In this document: positions 10,701 through 20,431 of the stretch, piece by piece
Numbering within the stretch: position 1 is the first letter of the stretch
How the letters are laid out: every line of letters begins with the position of its first letter
NCBI RefSeq assembly: GCF_006345805.1
Contig: NW_021836475.1
Location: 1 to 24,150 of the forward strand
Length of the DNA stretch: 24,150 nt
From: Octopus sinensis
Lineage: Eukaryota
Direction of reading: 5' to 3'
Position numbers and translations under genes: made by a program
The notes under the pieces: model-generated
Seen by the model: only the letters and a program-made list of their open reading frames with translations
Database searches by the model: none
What the model was told of the DNA's origin: nothing

Positions 10701-10927
10701 TGAACACTTTTGAAATCACTCCACCTGAAAATGCCTCTGATTCTATGATATACACTTCCACTTTTAAAGTGACCTAAATTAAAATCATCTATCAAAATTT
10801 CAGGTTACATAATGTTCTGAACACCAACTTAATAGTGAAGTTATTTTACTAAATCTTTCATTATTTCTGATATCAACTGAAGCAGAGGCAGAGCATTTCA
10901 ATGGTAGGATGGTAACAAAAAGGTTAA
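10701..10927. mobile_element. TTAA-flanked MITE, copy 2 in the U12 intron
   Basis: Ends GGTAACAAAAAGGTTAA. Shares GTGA.CTAAATT, ATCAAAATTTCA.GTT, AACACCAACTTAATA and TTATTTTACTAAAT with the other copies. Confidence 0.6.
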
Positions 10928-11213
10928 TTGTTAGGCTTATCAAATGGTATTCCTTTGTGAATGTTGATTCTATCTATTTGTTCTGATTTACATCATTAAA
11001 GGGTGCATAATTAAAAGACATTTAAGCCTCCCATTTATTTTGATACAATATATGTAAGATTATTCTAAAAATATGAATAGATCCACACAAATTAACAACA
11101 TTTTGCAACTAGATTATTTTCCTAATGCTAAACAAACATTCTATCTTTAATGATGTAAAATAACTCTAGAAATTGACTTGGAAAATAGTTTCACTCAGTT
11201 TTGATTAGGATAT

Positions 11214-11293
11214 AAACTGTGGAATGATTCGATGCAATGTGCTTCCTTTATAACCAAAGCCTCTGTCATGGGTACAAAGGCAACGAAAATTCT
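11214..11293 (-). CDS. PPIE: PPIE/CYP33 internal exon, 80 bp: (E)[26 protein letters not shown]
   Basis: Acceptor TTTGCAG|AG, U12 donor TTT|[28 protein letters not shown] is characteristic of cyclophilin E. Confidence 0.95.
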
Positions 11294-11929
11294 CTGCAAA
11301 GAAATATATGGTATACATTAACATTTTCACTATCATCAACATCATAATCACATAATTAACATTCATTTTTATACTGTCTTGAACAGATTCACAATTAAAC
11401 ATACTTTAGTCTTTTACTACTTCCAATCACCAAACTATTCCCTTGCTGGAGTTTTAGATTATCATATTCAGAGTCTTAGATTATTATATTGAGCTTCACC
11501 CTGCTTATTTCAGTCTGGTACAGATTTTTTTCTTTTTCAATTTATATTTTATGAAATTACTGAACGTTCACTTTTTGATACAATACAATATGGCAACTGT
11601 AATCAGACATACACACAATGATGATGTGCATATTTCGGTGTGTATGTGTATATGTACTGCTATATTCACTATTATTTTTCCCCCGTACTTTCATATTCTC
11701 ATCTCCCCATCACTCGTTATCTTCCAGCCCATCTTAAAGTTTAGTGTAAGAGACTACAGTGACCAACTGTGTCCCATAGTCTTTACCTTTATCCTCCCCT
11801 CCTCTACTGCCAGTCAAGTACTCCAATCACTCTCCACCTCACCCATTCCTCTTGTCATCATTATTACTCATGTCTCACTCTACAAAGAAGTTGGCAAGTG
11901 AGCTGACACATAGGTGGTGAGATCCCTTT

Positions 11930-12222
11930 CAAAATGTTGAGGACATGGCTACCTTTCTAGTGCTGGTGCCACAAAAAACACTCAGACCCTTTAATTTTAT
12001 TAAGGACAACACTTTCCTAGTGCTGATGCTATGGAAAAAGTACACATTATAAAATCGTTGATGTTTAGATGGGCATCCAGCCATAGAAACCATAATCAAA
12101 ACTGAAACAGATGCAAGATGCAATCCACTGACCCATTTAGCTGAGCAGGACCATGAAATAACTGGTGACTTTGAATGTGAAAACCTATCCAACCAATATC
12201 AGCAAGGAAAGCAGACATAATC
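11930..12222 (+). mobile_element. Decayed RTE 3'UTR-type repeat
   Basis: Contains GTGCTGGTGCCAC.AAAAA.CAC, GGGCATCCAGCCATAGAAACC and AAACCTATCCAACC...GGAAAGCAGACAT. Confidence 0.55.
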
Positions 12223-12690
12223 CAGCAGAAGCACCAATATCCATTATATCAGTGTAGTAATGCCTCCTACATAAAAGGACCATCCACCATACTAGTGTAG
12301 TGTTGTCTCCTACAAAAATGTCCCCCATATCAGTAATGTCTCCTTCATCAAAATGCCAATGTTGTTGATGTTCAACCATTATTATTGAAATTATTAATAA
12401 ATAACTTTAAAGTATTTCAGTTTACATCCTTGTGAAATCAATAAAACACATGCCAAATGTACATCATGCTGTAATTTGTTCAGTCAAATCCATCTTCTCA
12501 TTAAAATTTTCTTCATCAAAAGAAATAATACACTAAATACAAAATATGAAGCTTCTCTTTTCCCTGATGTTTAAACTCCCTCCTTGTCACTTTCTATGTA
12601 AAAAATTTGTTTTGTCACTTATTTTAGGACAAATTTTAACTTATTTTTGTGATAATTACTTTTTTTTCAATGAAATCTTTCAATAATAAA

Positions 12691-13305
12691 GTCCATAAAG
12701 TCATGGTGGGATTTCAAAGCTATTTATTGATGTAACTTGCAACACTATACATTTCCTATCCATGTTGAATAAGTGATCAACTAATGAAGTTTATAGAGTT
12801 TAGTGCAATTCAATGTGGCTACCATTTGTTGCCCTACACATACCTCATTGATACTCCAGTTGGTTGAGTGTAGAAAAAACGCGAGATGCACACGCAGCTA
12901 GTTACATGACAGTGACAAGATTGATGTTATGCCCAGCTGATGCAGCAGTCAAGACATGGACAGAGCAAAGGAGAGCTCAATGCATTCTTTGGCTTGTAAA
13001 ATTTGAATTAGTGACACATGTTTGTTACGAATATTGTTGCATGTTAAAGGAAGAGCCAACACATGTGTAATGCTCCTATTAATAGTATTGAGTACATAAA
13101 GGAGAGAATCAGTGATGCTGTTCAATCTGTTACACTTGATGTTCTTTGTTGTAGGTTGCAAGAACTGGAGTATGGATAAGATGTGTGTAGGTCAACAAAT
13201 AGAATCCATAGCAAAACTTTATTAGTCTCTCATTCAATGGATATGAAATGTGTAGTGTTACAAGATACATCAATAGTTTTGAAATCCTATCATGACTTTA
13301 TGGAC
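12691..13305 (+). mobile_element. Internally deleted Tc1/mariner-superfamily element with ~85-bp TIRs
   Basis: Left GTCCATAAAGTCATGGTGGGATTTCAAAGCTATT...TATCCATGTTGAAT is the inverse of right ATTCAATGGATATG...GAAATCCTATCATGACTTTATGGAC. Remnants WTEQRRAQCILWL..F (DUF4817-like N-terminus) and LQELEYG*DVCRSTN (C-terminus); the DDE core is missing. Confidence 0.8.
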
Positions 13306-13309
13306 ACAA

Positions 13310-13482
13310 TCATCATCATCATCATTTAGCATCCGATTTCCATGTTAGCATGGGTTAGATGGTTTGAGTGGAACTGGTAACCCAGGGAGCTGCACATGGC
13401 CCCAGTCTATTTGGTTAGTTTCTACAGCTGGGTGCCCTTCCTAATGCCAACCGCTACAGAGTGTAGTGGGTGCCTTTTATGT
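13310..13482 (-). mobile_element. RTE 3'UTR-type/SINE-like repeat, reverse orientation
   Basis: (CAT)n TTTAGCATCCG.TTTCCATG.TAGCATGGGTT...GTTTCTACAGCTGG.TGCCCTTCCTAATGCCAACC...GTGTAGTGGGTGCCTTTTA. Confidence 0.7.
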
Positions 13483-13593
13483 GTCATGACTACAATTTCA
13501 CTTGACTTGACACATTTTCTCAAGCACACTATTTTTGTCACTGCTATTATCCTCAAATTTCATAATTCAGAAACATACTTAACATCGCTTCTA

Positions 13594-14874
13594 CGAGGGG
13601 TGTATGAAAAGTTTTGAGCCTAACTTAGAAACAGGGCTGCTAGGAAACTGAAACAATTTTTTCTGGTAAGTACAGTCTTTTCGGAGTATTTTTGCTCATT
13701 TTCATGATTCTGATATTTTAATTTTTTTTGTTTCAGATTTTTGAATAAACAAGTGTCGAGGTTACATGGAAAATGGGGAAAACTGAGTAACGTACTGTCA
13801 TAAAGTACCTTCATTTGAAAGGCATGACTCCATCAGACATCCATGAAGATAAAGTGAGAACCGTAACAGACAATGCTCCTTCATATGCAACAGTCAAACG
13901 ATGGGTAAATGAATTCCAGTGTGTTAGGGAGAGTGTGGAAGATGATCCCACACCAGGGAGACCTCCAACTGCAACCACCGAGGACAACATTGACCTTGCT
14001 CTTGGTATGATAATGCAAGATCGTCAAATATCATGTCGTCAGATAGCCGAGAGACTGGGCATCTCAACTTGAAAGAGTAAATAACATTGTGACAAAAGAA
14101 CTTGGGTTCTCAAAGGTTTCTGCAAGGTGGGTCCCTTGCCTTTTGACTCCTGAACAGAAATGCACCAGATGCACTTTGTCCACGAGCAATCAGTTGTTTG
14201 AAGAGAATTTTCTTGCTCGTTTCATAGGATGGACAAAAGTTGGGTTCATCACTACCAGCCTGAAACCAAAGAACAATCAAAGCAGTAGAAGCACTCATCT
14301 TTACCTACCCCCAAAGAAGGCCAGGGTCATTCCTTCAGCTGGCAAGGTCATGGCGTCCGTTTTTTGGGATTCTCAAGTTGTCTTGCTGATCAATTAACTT
14401 GAAAGGGTCACACAGTGACGGGGCTGTATTATTGTCGGCTACTAAAATGCCTCCGAGAAGCAATCAAAGAAAAAAGACCGGCAATGCTCACCAGAAGAGT
14501 CCTTTTTCATCACGACAATGCTCCAACCGACACCTCAGTGGTTGCCATGGCAACAATTCATGATTGTGGACACAAACTTGTTCCCCATCCACCTTATTCG
14601 CCAGACTTAGCCCCCTCTGACTTTCATCTATTCCCAAAAATGAAAAAAAGCCCTGGATGGACGCCATTCTGCCAGTGACAATGAGGTCATAGACGCTGTA
14701 GGAAGTTTTTAGAGTCTCAAACAAAAGAGTTCCTCCACGCCAGGATAATGGCACTTCAACACTGCTGGAGAAAGTGTTCAGCCATCGAGGGGGACTATGT
14801 TGAAAAATAAATCATCAGAAGTCTTGTACTATATTTTGTTTTTTTGAGGCTCAAGACTTTTTATACACCCCTAG
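13594..14874 (+). mobile_element. Full-length mariner DNA transposon (1281 bp), decayed
   Basis: 28-bp TIRs (13594-13621 CGAGGGGTGTATGAAAAGTTTTGAGCCT and 14847-14874, 25/28 identical). TA target duplication at 13592-93 and 14875-76. Confidence 0.95.
13773..14810 (+). pseudogene. Mariner transposase pseudogene (DD34D type)
   Basis: MGKTE*RTVIKYLHLKG...GRPPT...SARWVPCLLT...GKVMASVFWDS...HHDNAP...HPPYSPDLAPSDFHLF...GDYVEK*. Split by stops and frameshifts over ORFs 13815, 14089 and 14415. Confidence 0.92.
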
Positions 14875-15597
14875 TAGCAACAGAAGAGAGTTATTCCAAA
14901 ATTGATTAAGGTGCTATAAACAACAGCCAAATAGCCTTCATTTCACACCTTTCTGTTTAAGAAGAAAAAAGATCACATTTGTTAATGTAGTACTGCATAG
15001 ACTAAACTTAAAGAAAAGGATGGGGTAGCCATGATTAGGACAAATTTGATTATAGAGATATGTTTTGATTAGAGATGCTTGACCTTCAGACTAAACAACA
15101 CAATTTTGATTTTGTTTCTGTTCTTAAATACATCCTTCATTTACTTAACTCTTTTGATATAAATCCTGTCTTTATATAACTGTGTAGACTTAAGATAAAT
15201 CCATGATCCTTTGTTCAATAAATCAACCACCAACACTCTCTAACATTTCATTCATTCAACATGAATGCATAAAGTAAGAGAGTTTAAACAGCTTCACTTC
15301 AGTCTAAAAATAGCTGAAATAGTGGTCTAATGAAAACAGACAACGGAATTTGGGTAAACAGGCTTCACATGTTGGTCATCATCATCATCATTGTTTACTG
15401 TTCAATACTTTCAGACCATTCTCCACCATCATTAATATATATATAGGTAAAATATAGGGTAGGGAATTTTGTTTAGAAATTTCACTACCAGTGGCCTAGC
15501 ATGTATAAAAAGCTAATAGACAACATATGAAAAATTATAATATATAATAATGAGACACATGCTATTCTGTCTCTAAATTATATGTTAATGTTTTGGC

Positions 15598-15672
15598 ATA
15601 GCCACTGATGAGAACTCTGCCTAGTAAATTATTTTATTTGCTAATTAGAGTTTGAAACCTAAGTATGGCTGT
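15598..15672 (+). ncRNA. Minimal type I hammerhead ribozyme motif
   Basis: Stem I ATAGCCA(15598-604)/TGGCTGT(15666-72); CTGATGA 15605-11; stem II GAACTCT(15612-18)/AGAGTTT(15647-53) with an inner helix TAGTAAAT/ATTTGCTA; GAAA 15654-57; stem III C-CTAA-G; cleavage triplet GTA 15663-65. Confidence 0.75.
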
Positions 15673-16016
15673 AAAAATACAAAGTTTTTATTTTTCATTC
15701 CTTTCAAAATTGCTCTTAAATATGGCTTTGGTCATTTTGACTGCTTCTTAAGGTAAAAGAAAGTGAGTATTAGAGAAAATACAAGCTAAGGATTGGAAAA
15801 AGTGATGAACAAGGGTATTCATCATATAGCTTTATATATTTATAAATATGGCACCCATATTTATAAATATATGCAGCCACTCCTGCACCTATGGTGACAG
15901 AGAGCTGAAGGTGCCAGCCAAGAGTGTCCATGAAACAGCAAAAGCATGGCACAGTCCATGCTGCAAAGTCCTACTTGTTCATGGGTGATGTCTGGTTGTT
16001 CTGTTTAATATTTTTG

Positions 16017-16247
16017 TTAATGTCTTTTAATATCAACTCATCTGAGACACCAACTCTCATATCTATGATTCAAATTCCTTATTTCAACCTGATCCAAATT
16101 ACAAACTTTCATCAAAACTTTATGTGAATTTATATTGCAAACACTAACTTAATAATGATAATTATTTTATTAAATTCTTTACCATTTTCAAAGTTAATCA
16201 AGCTAAAGTAATGCATTTCGACAGAAATTTGTTAACAGAAGGGTTAA
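16017..16247. mobile_element. TTAA-flanked MITE copy
   Basis: Ends GTTAACAGAAGGGTTAA. Body similar to the copies at 10400 and 10701. Confidence 0.6.
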
Positions 16248-16419
16248 GCTCCATTTGGCGGAACCATATGTAACATTTTAATAATCTTTTTCTGGTTTCA
16301 ATTTGTTGAACATAAATCTGTTGGATCAGAACATCAAAAACTACTACAGCAAAAATAACATTTGAATAACACATATGTGTGTGTGTGTGTATGTATATAT
16401 ATATATATATATGTATCGA

Positions 16420-16762
16420 TCAACATCAATGGAAATTGTAGCTGTGATACCAGTGCCGGTGGCACGTAAGAGAACTATCCGAACGTGGCCATTGCCAGCA
16501 CTGCCCTGACTGTCCTCCGTGCCGGTGGCACGTAAAAAGCACCATCCGATCATGGCCGTTTGCCGGCCTCGTCTGGCACCTGTGCAGGTGACACGTAAAA
16601 AGCACCCACTACACTCACGGAGTGGTTGGCGTTAGGAAGGGCATCCAGCCGTAGAAACACTGCCAGATCAGACTGGGCCTGGTGCAGCCTTCTGGCATCC
16701 CAGACCCCAGTTGAACCGTCCAACCCATGCCAGCATGGAAAGCGGACGTTTAAACGAACGAC
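16420..16762 (+). mobile_element. RTE 3'UTR-derived element with ~2.4 copies of a ~65-bp unit
   Basis: GTGCCGGTGGCACGTAA.A units, then AGCACCCACTACACTC.CGGAGTGGTTGGCGTTAGGAAGGGCATCCAGC...CCAACCCATGCCAGCATGGAAAGCGGACGTT. CpGs are retained, so this copy is relatively young. A decayed inverted copy follows at ~16780-16880. Confidence 0.8.
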
Positions 16763-17389
16763 GAATACAAGGAACATGTTTTAACAGCCACTATTCCATG
16801 CTTGCATAGATTGGATGGAATTTACTGAGGTAGACTGTATACAGCTGGATGCTCTTCCTGTCACCAACCCTCACCTACATCTTCACATCACCAACCTATG
16901 AAGCATGTTAACCCAAATCCCACTGACTGTGGGACCATTAAGTCACCTCAGTGACTAGAACTTGTGGCTTCTCATTTAAAAATTAAGCGTATTCCCATAG
17001 ATTGAGAAAAAGTATGAAAAAAAAACAGGGAGAAAGTGAAGGAGAGAGAAGATACATTTATTTACTAGTATAAGCATTGCTGTATGATTAAAAAATTTCC
17101 TTCCCAACCATGTGGTTTTTGGTTCAGTCCCACCAAAGCAAGTTGCATACATATATGTATAAACATCACCATCATACAAGTATTGTTGTTCATTTGAAAT
17201 TTTCATGAAGCAACTCTGGCCATCATGTTGTTTGTGTAGCCATATGACGAGGAGAAATATTACTTTGGTGGGTCAGTGACAGGAAGAGCATTGGCCATAG
17301 AAAATCTGCCTCAAAAAATTCCATCTGACCCATTACTAGAAAACTATACGTAACAACATCAATGATGAATGAAAATAGAGATGTGTTAC

Positions 17390-17519
17390 CTGCAGTTTTG
17401 GGAACGACATCAGCTCGGAGCTCCATCACTATACGACCAATATTCTTGGTACCAATCCGGATGTCAAAGAAGACTTGTGGATTAACTTTGGGTTTTTTCT
17501 TCACTGGTTCGTCATTCGT
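17390..17519 (-). CDS. PPIE: PPIE/CYP33 internal exon, 130 bp: [43 protein letters not shown](E)
   Basis: Acceptor ATTTTAG|ACG, donor G|GTAACA. Start of the cyclophilin domain (NPQV.FDI.IG...GRI...LR.DVVP.TAENF), preceded by a basic KKKPK stretch. Confidence 0.93.
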
Positions 17520-18204
17520 CTAAAATACAGAGTTTTGTTTTAATTAGTCATTGATTGATATTTCCAAAAAAATAAAACAGCTTTTGTTTTTTTAAAGGCT
17601 TTTATAAAACCCAGGAAAATTATAGCTGGACATTTTATTATAACGTCTATGTGGATATTATGGTTACCAGTGATTGGTTAGTGTTGTACTGGTGGTTGTA
17701 TGGTGGTCATTGTTGCAATCATTAACTGTAACTGTCATTACAAGGTCAATCATTGTGTTACTGGTTGATACTTCACAGTTATCCTTGTGGTCATTGTCAT
17801 GCTCACTGTTTTGTCATAGTAGTTGTGTGATCTTCCTTGTTGTTGTTGTTACTTAACTCTAGGTATGTCATGATCAAGTAGACCTAAGATCAAAAATGTT
17901 TTACCCATAAGAAACCCATCATTTTTCTATAACTACACCACCAACATTAGTTCTTTAAGATGGTAGTGTGGTGGTAATGTGAAATTTGAAGAAAAACTTG
18001 GTTGCTACATTTAGCAAGACTGGCTAGTATGAAGTGGTTCCCTGAATCTTAGTTTTGGTTGATGTATGGTAGTCATCATAATGGTCACAATCATTAAGGT
18101 GTTGGTCATCTTTGAGGTTGCAGTGGTCAGCAGAGTGGTTGTGGTCATCATAATAGATATGGTGTTGTGTAGCCATTAATATGTAGTTTGGTGATTTAGT
18201 GAAA

Positions 18205-19063
18205 ATAGATCAGCTGTGTGAAAAAGTGTCACACCCCAGCAGTAAAGGGAACCTGTGGAAGAGGTAGACCCAGGAAGACCTGGGATGAGATGGTGAAGCG
18301 TGACCTTTGAACGTTAGGCCTCACGGAGGCAATGATAAGTGACTGAGACCTTTGAAGATATGCTATGCTTGAGAAGACCCGGCAATCCAAGTGAGACTGT
18401 AACTGTGGCCTATACACGTGCAGCATAACTGGCTCATCTAAGAGTACCCTTCAATCATTGGGCAATAAACTGCGCTTGCGAAGACCTATTGAATCAAGTG
18501 AAGCCATTGTCCTGGATGATGATAGTACCACCTAATTTCCACCTGTGCCAGTGGCACATTAAAAGCACCAGCCGAGCATAGTTGATGCCAGTGCCGTCTG
18601 ACTGGACCTGTGCCAGTGGCATGTCAAAAGTATCATTTGAGCATTGTCAATGCCAGTGCTGGCTGACTGGTCCTGTGCTGGTGGCACATAAAAACACCAT
18701 TCGAGCGTGGTTGATGCTAGTGCCAGCTCACTGGTCCCATGCCGGAGGCATGTAAAAAGCACCATTCGAGCATGATCATTGCCAGTGCCACCTGACTGGC
18801 TCCCATGCCAGTGGCATGTAAAAAGCATCATTCAAGCGTGGTCGATGCCAGGACCGCCTGATGTTCCCTATGCCGTTGACACGTAAAAAGCACCCACTAC
18901 ATTCTCAGAGTGGTTGACATTAGGAAGGGCATCCAGCTGTAGAAACTCTGCCAGATCAAATTGGAGCCTGGTGCAGCCTTCTGGCTAACCAGCCCTCAGT
19001 CAAACCATCCAACCCATGCCAACATGGAAAGCGGACATTAAAAGACGATGATGATGATGATGA
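18205..19063 (+). mobile_element. 5'-truncated RTE-type LINE: ORF C-terminus, 3'UTR with tandem array, (GAT)n tail
   Basis: CVKKCHT..VKGTCGRGRPRKTWDEMVKRDL*TLGLTEAM (RTE C-terminal motif). Tandem ~65-bp units at 18542-18890. Tail GACGATGATGATGATGATGAT. Confidence 0.85.
18542..18895 (+). repeat. Tandem array, ~65-bp unit x ~5.4
   Basis: Units start at ~18542, 18607, 18672, 18736, 18802 and 18867: CC.GTGCC.GTGGCA.GTAAAAAGCACCATTCGAGC.TGGT.GATGCCAGTGCC..CTGACTGG. Confidence 0.9.
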
Positions 19064-19150
19064 TATCATATCCTACCCTTATCCAATAATGGTTAGCTCA
19101 TTATTATTAATGTCTATCATTAAAGTTATAGGGTCTGTTCTTTAACTTAC

Positions 19151-19257
19151 CGAGTCTGTTTTCACAGATGTCTGTTCTGTGTCGTCATCCACAGTCTCAT
19201 CTGATTTTGCTACAGTTTCACCAGCATGCTCTCGTAACCAGTTGTCATCAGACCAAA
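19151..19257 (-). CDS. PPIE: PPIE/CYP33 internal exon, 107 bp: (V)WSDDNWLREHAGETVAKSDETVDDDTEQTSVKTDS
   Basis: Acceptor TTACTTCAG|TT, donor TCG|GTAAGT. WSDDxWL is the helix that follows the RRM in CYP33, which identifies the gene as PPIE rather than PPIA/PPIF. In frame with the next exon. Not in the ORF track. Confidence 0.9.
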
Positions 19258-19344
19258 CTGAAGTAAGAATACACAAAATTTCATACAACAGTAAAATTAT
19301 TAAACTTTCAAATCTATTTTTTTTTTAAATGAATGGAATATGTA

Positions 19345-19948
19345 GAAGAGAGAGACCCAAAATTACATAGGATAAAGTAGGAATGATTGATATCAAGATG
19401 CTGAGCCTCACAGAAGTGATGACAAGGGACTGTGCTCAAGAAGACCTGCCAATTACAGCAAAAATGATATCCTAAAAACACAGTCTATGCTTGCCCGTGC
19501 GTGTCCACATCCTTGTTATGTATGGGTTAGCTCTGGTATCCCATCATTATCACCTTATCTTCTTCCCAACAACTTTCACCCACTCTTATATAATGCAAGG
19601 AAGCTATTATCTTCTCTGTAGTGTGAGACCTGCATTTTTCTCAGTCATACTTTAGCCTCCAAACAGCTAGCATAAAAGCCATTTCTCCCCTCTTAAATAC
19701 TTTCCCACTTAGTTGAGGGGACATTTTCCTTTTCTTGTTCTTATCATATCTTGCAGGTTACTTGGTGACCTAACTAGTACTAGTAGCATATAAAAAAAGC
19801 ACCTAGTACACACTGTAAAGTTCTTGGTATTACAAGTGGCATCCAGCTGTAGAAACAACGTCAGAGCTGACATTGAAGCTTGATGCAGCCCTGCAACTCA
19901 CCAAATTCCGTCAGACCATCCAACCTATGCCAACATGGCATGATGATT
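19345..19948 (+). mobile_element. Highly decayed RTE-type 3' fragment
   Basis: AGAAGAGAGAGACCCAAAATTACATAGGATAAAG (decayed GRP.KTW.E), GGCATCCAGCTGTAGAAAC, CCATCCAACCTATGCCAACATGG and a GATGAT tail. Confidence 0.55.
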
Positions 19949-20212
19949 TACAACACACACAGCATATTATACGTCTCACTAAGGAAATACAAGGAACCTT
20001 ACAGAGACAAATGGTATGCTGCAAATACCAAAATGTAATGATATAGAAATAAGTGAAATGGCAAATAAAAAATGAGGTACTTTTCTGAAAAGTCACCAGA
20101 GAAAATACATCTGCATCTACAAAGCATAGCAACTGTTTGTACAACATCTCACTTGCAAGGCACTGGTGATTGATGAGTTGAAATGATTGTAGTGGTTCTG
20201 AATAAAGAATCT

Positions 20213-20356
20213 CATCATCATCATTTAACATCCGTTTTCCATGCTGGCATGGGCTGGATAGTTTGATAAGGGCTGGCTATGCAGAAGACTGCACCAGCCT
20301 TCACTGTCTGTTTTGGCAGGGTTTTTATGGCTGGATGCCCTTCCTAACACCAACTC
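20213..20356 (-). mobile_element. RTE 3'UTR-type repeat, reverse orientation
   Basis: CATCATCATCATTTAACATCCGTTTTCCATGCTGGCATGGG...GGCTGGATGCCCTTCCTAACACCAAC, the reverse complement of ~18910-19060. Confidence 0.8.
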
Positions 20357-20431
20357 CTTCATGTAAATTATATTTTCTTTCTCTCATATTTTTTATAAAC
20401 TGTATGGACACAGGAATTCCTGACATAAATC

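Larger units (their letters stand above)
10261..11213 (-). other. U12-type (minor spliceosome) AT-AC intron, 953 bp, phase 0
   Basis: 5' splice site TTT|ATATCCTAAT (consensus ATATCCTT). Branch site TTCTTAAC at 10278-10271, ending 10 nt before the 3' end (consensus TTCCTTAAC). 3' end ...GAAGTAC|ATG. Splicing restores HRIIPQF-MCQGGD. Confidence 0.92.

Noticed and set aside
10141-11402. ORFs 10141-10356, 11205-11402 and 17223-17504 as separate small cyclophilin genes or pseudogenes
   Set aside because: They are exons of one gene with phase-compatible splice sites.
18542-18895. CRISPR-like array (palindromic repeat plus variable segment)
   Set aside because: The 'spacers' are homologous to each other, the context is a eukaryotic LINE 3'UTR, and there are no cas genes.
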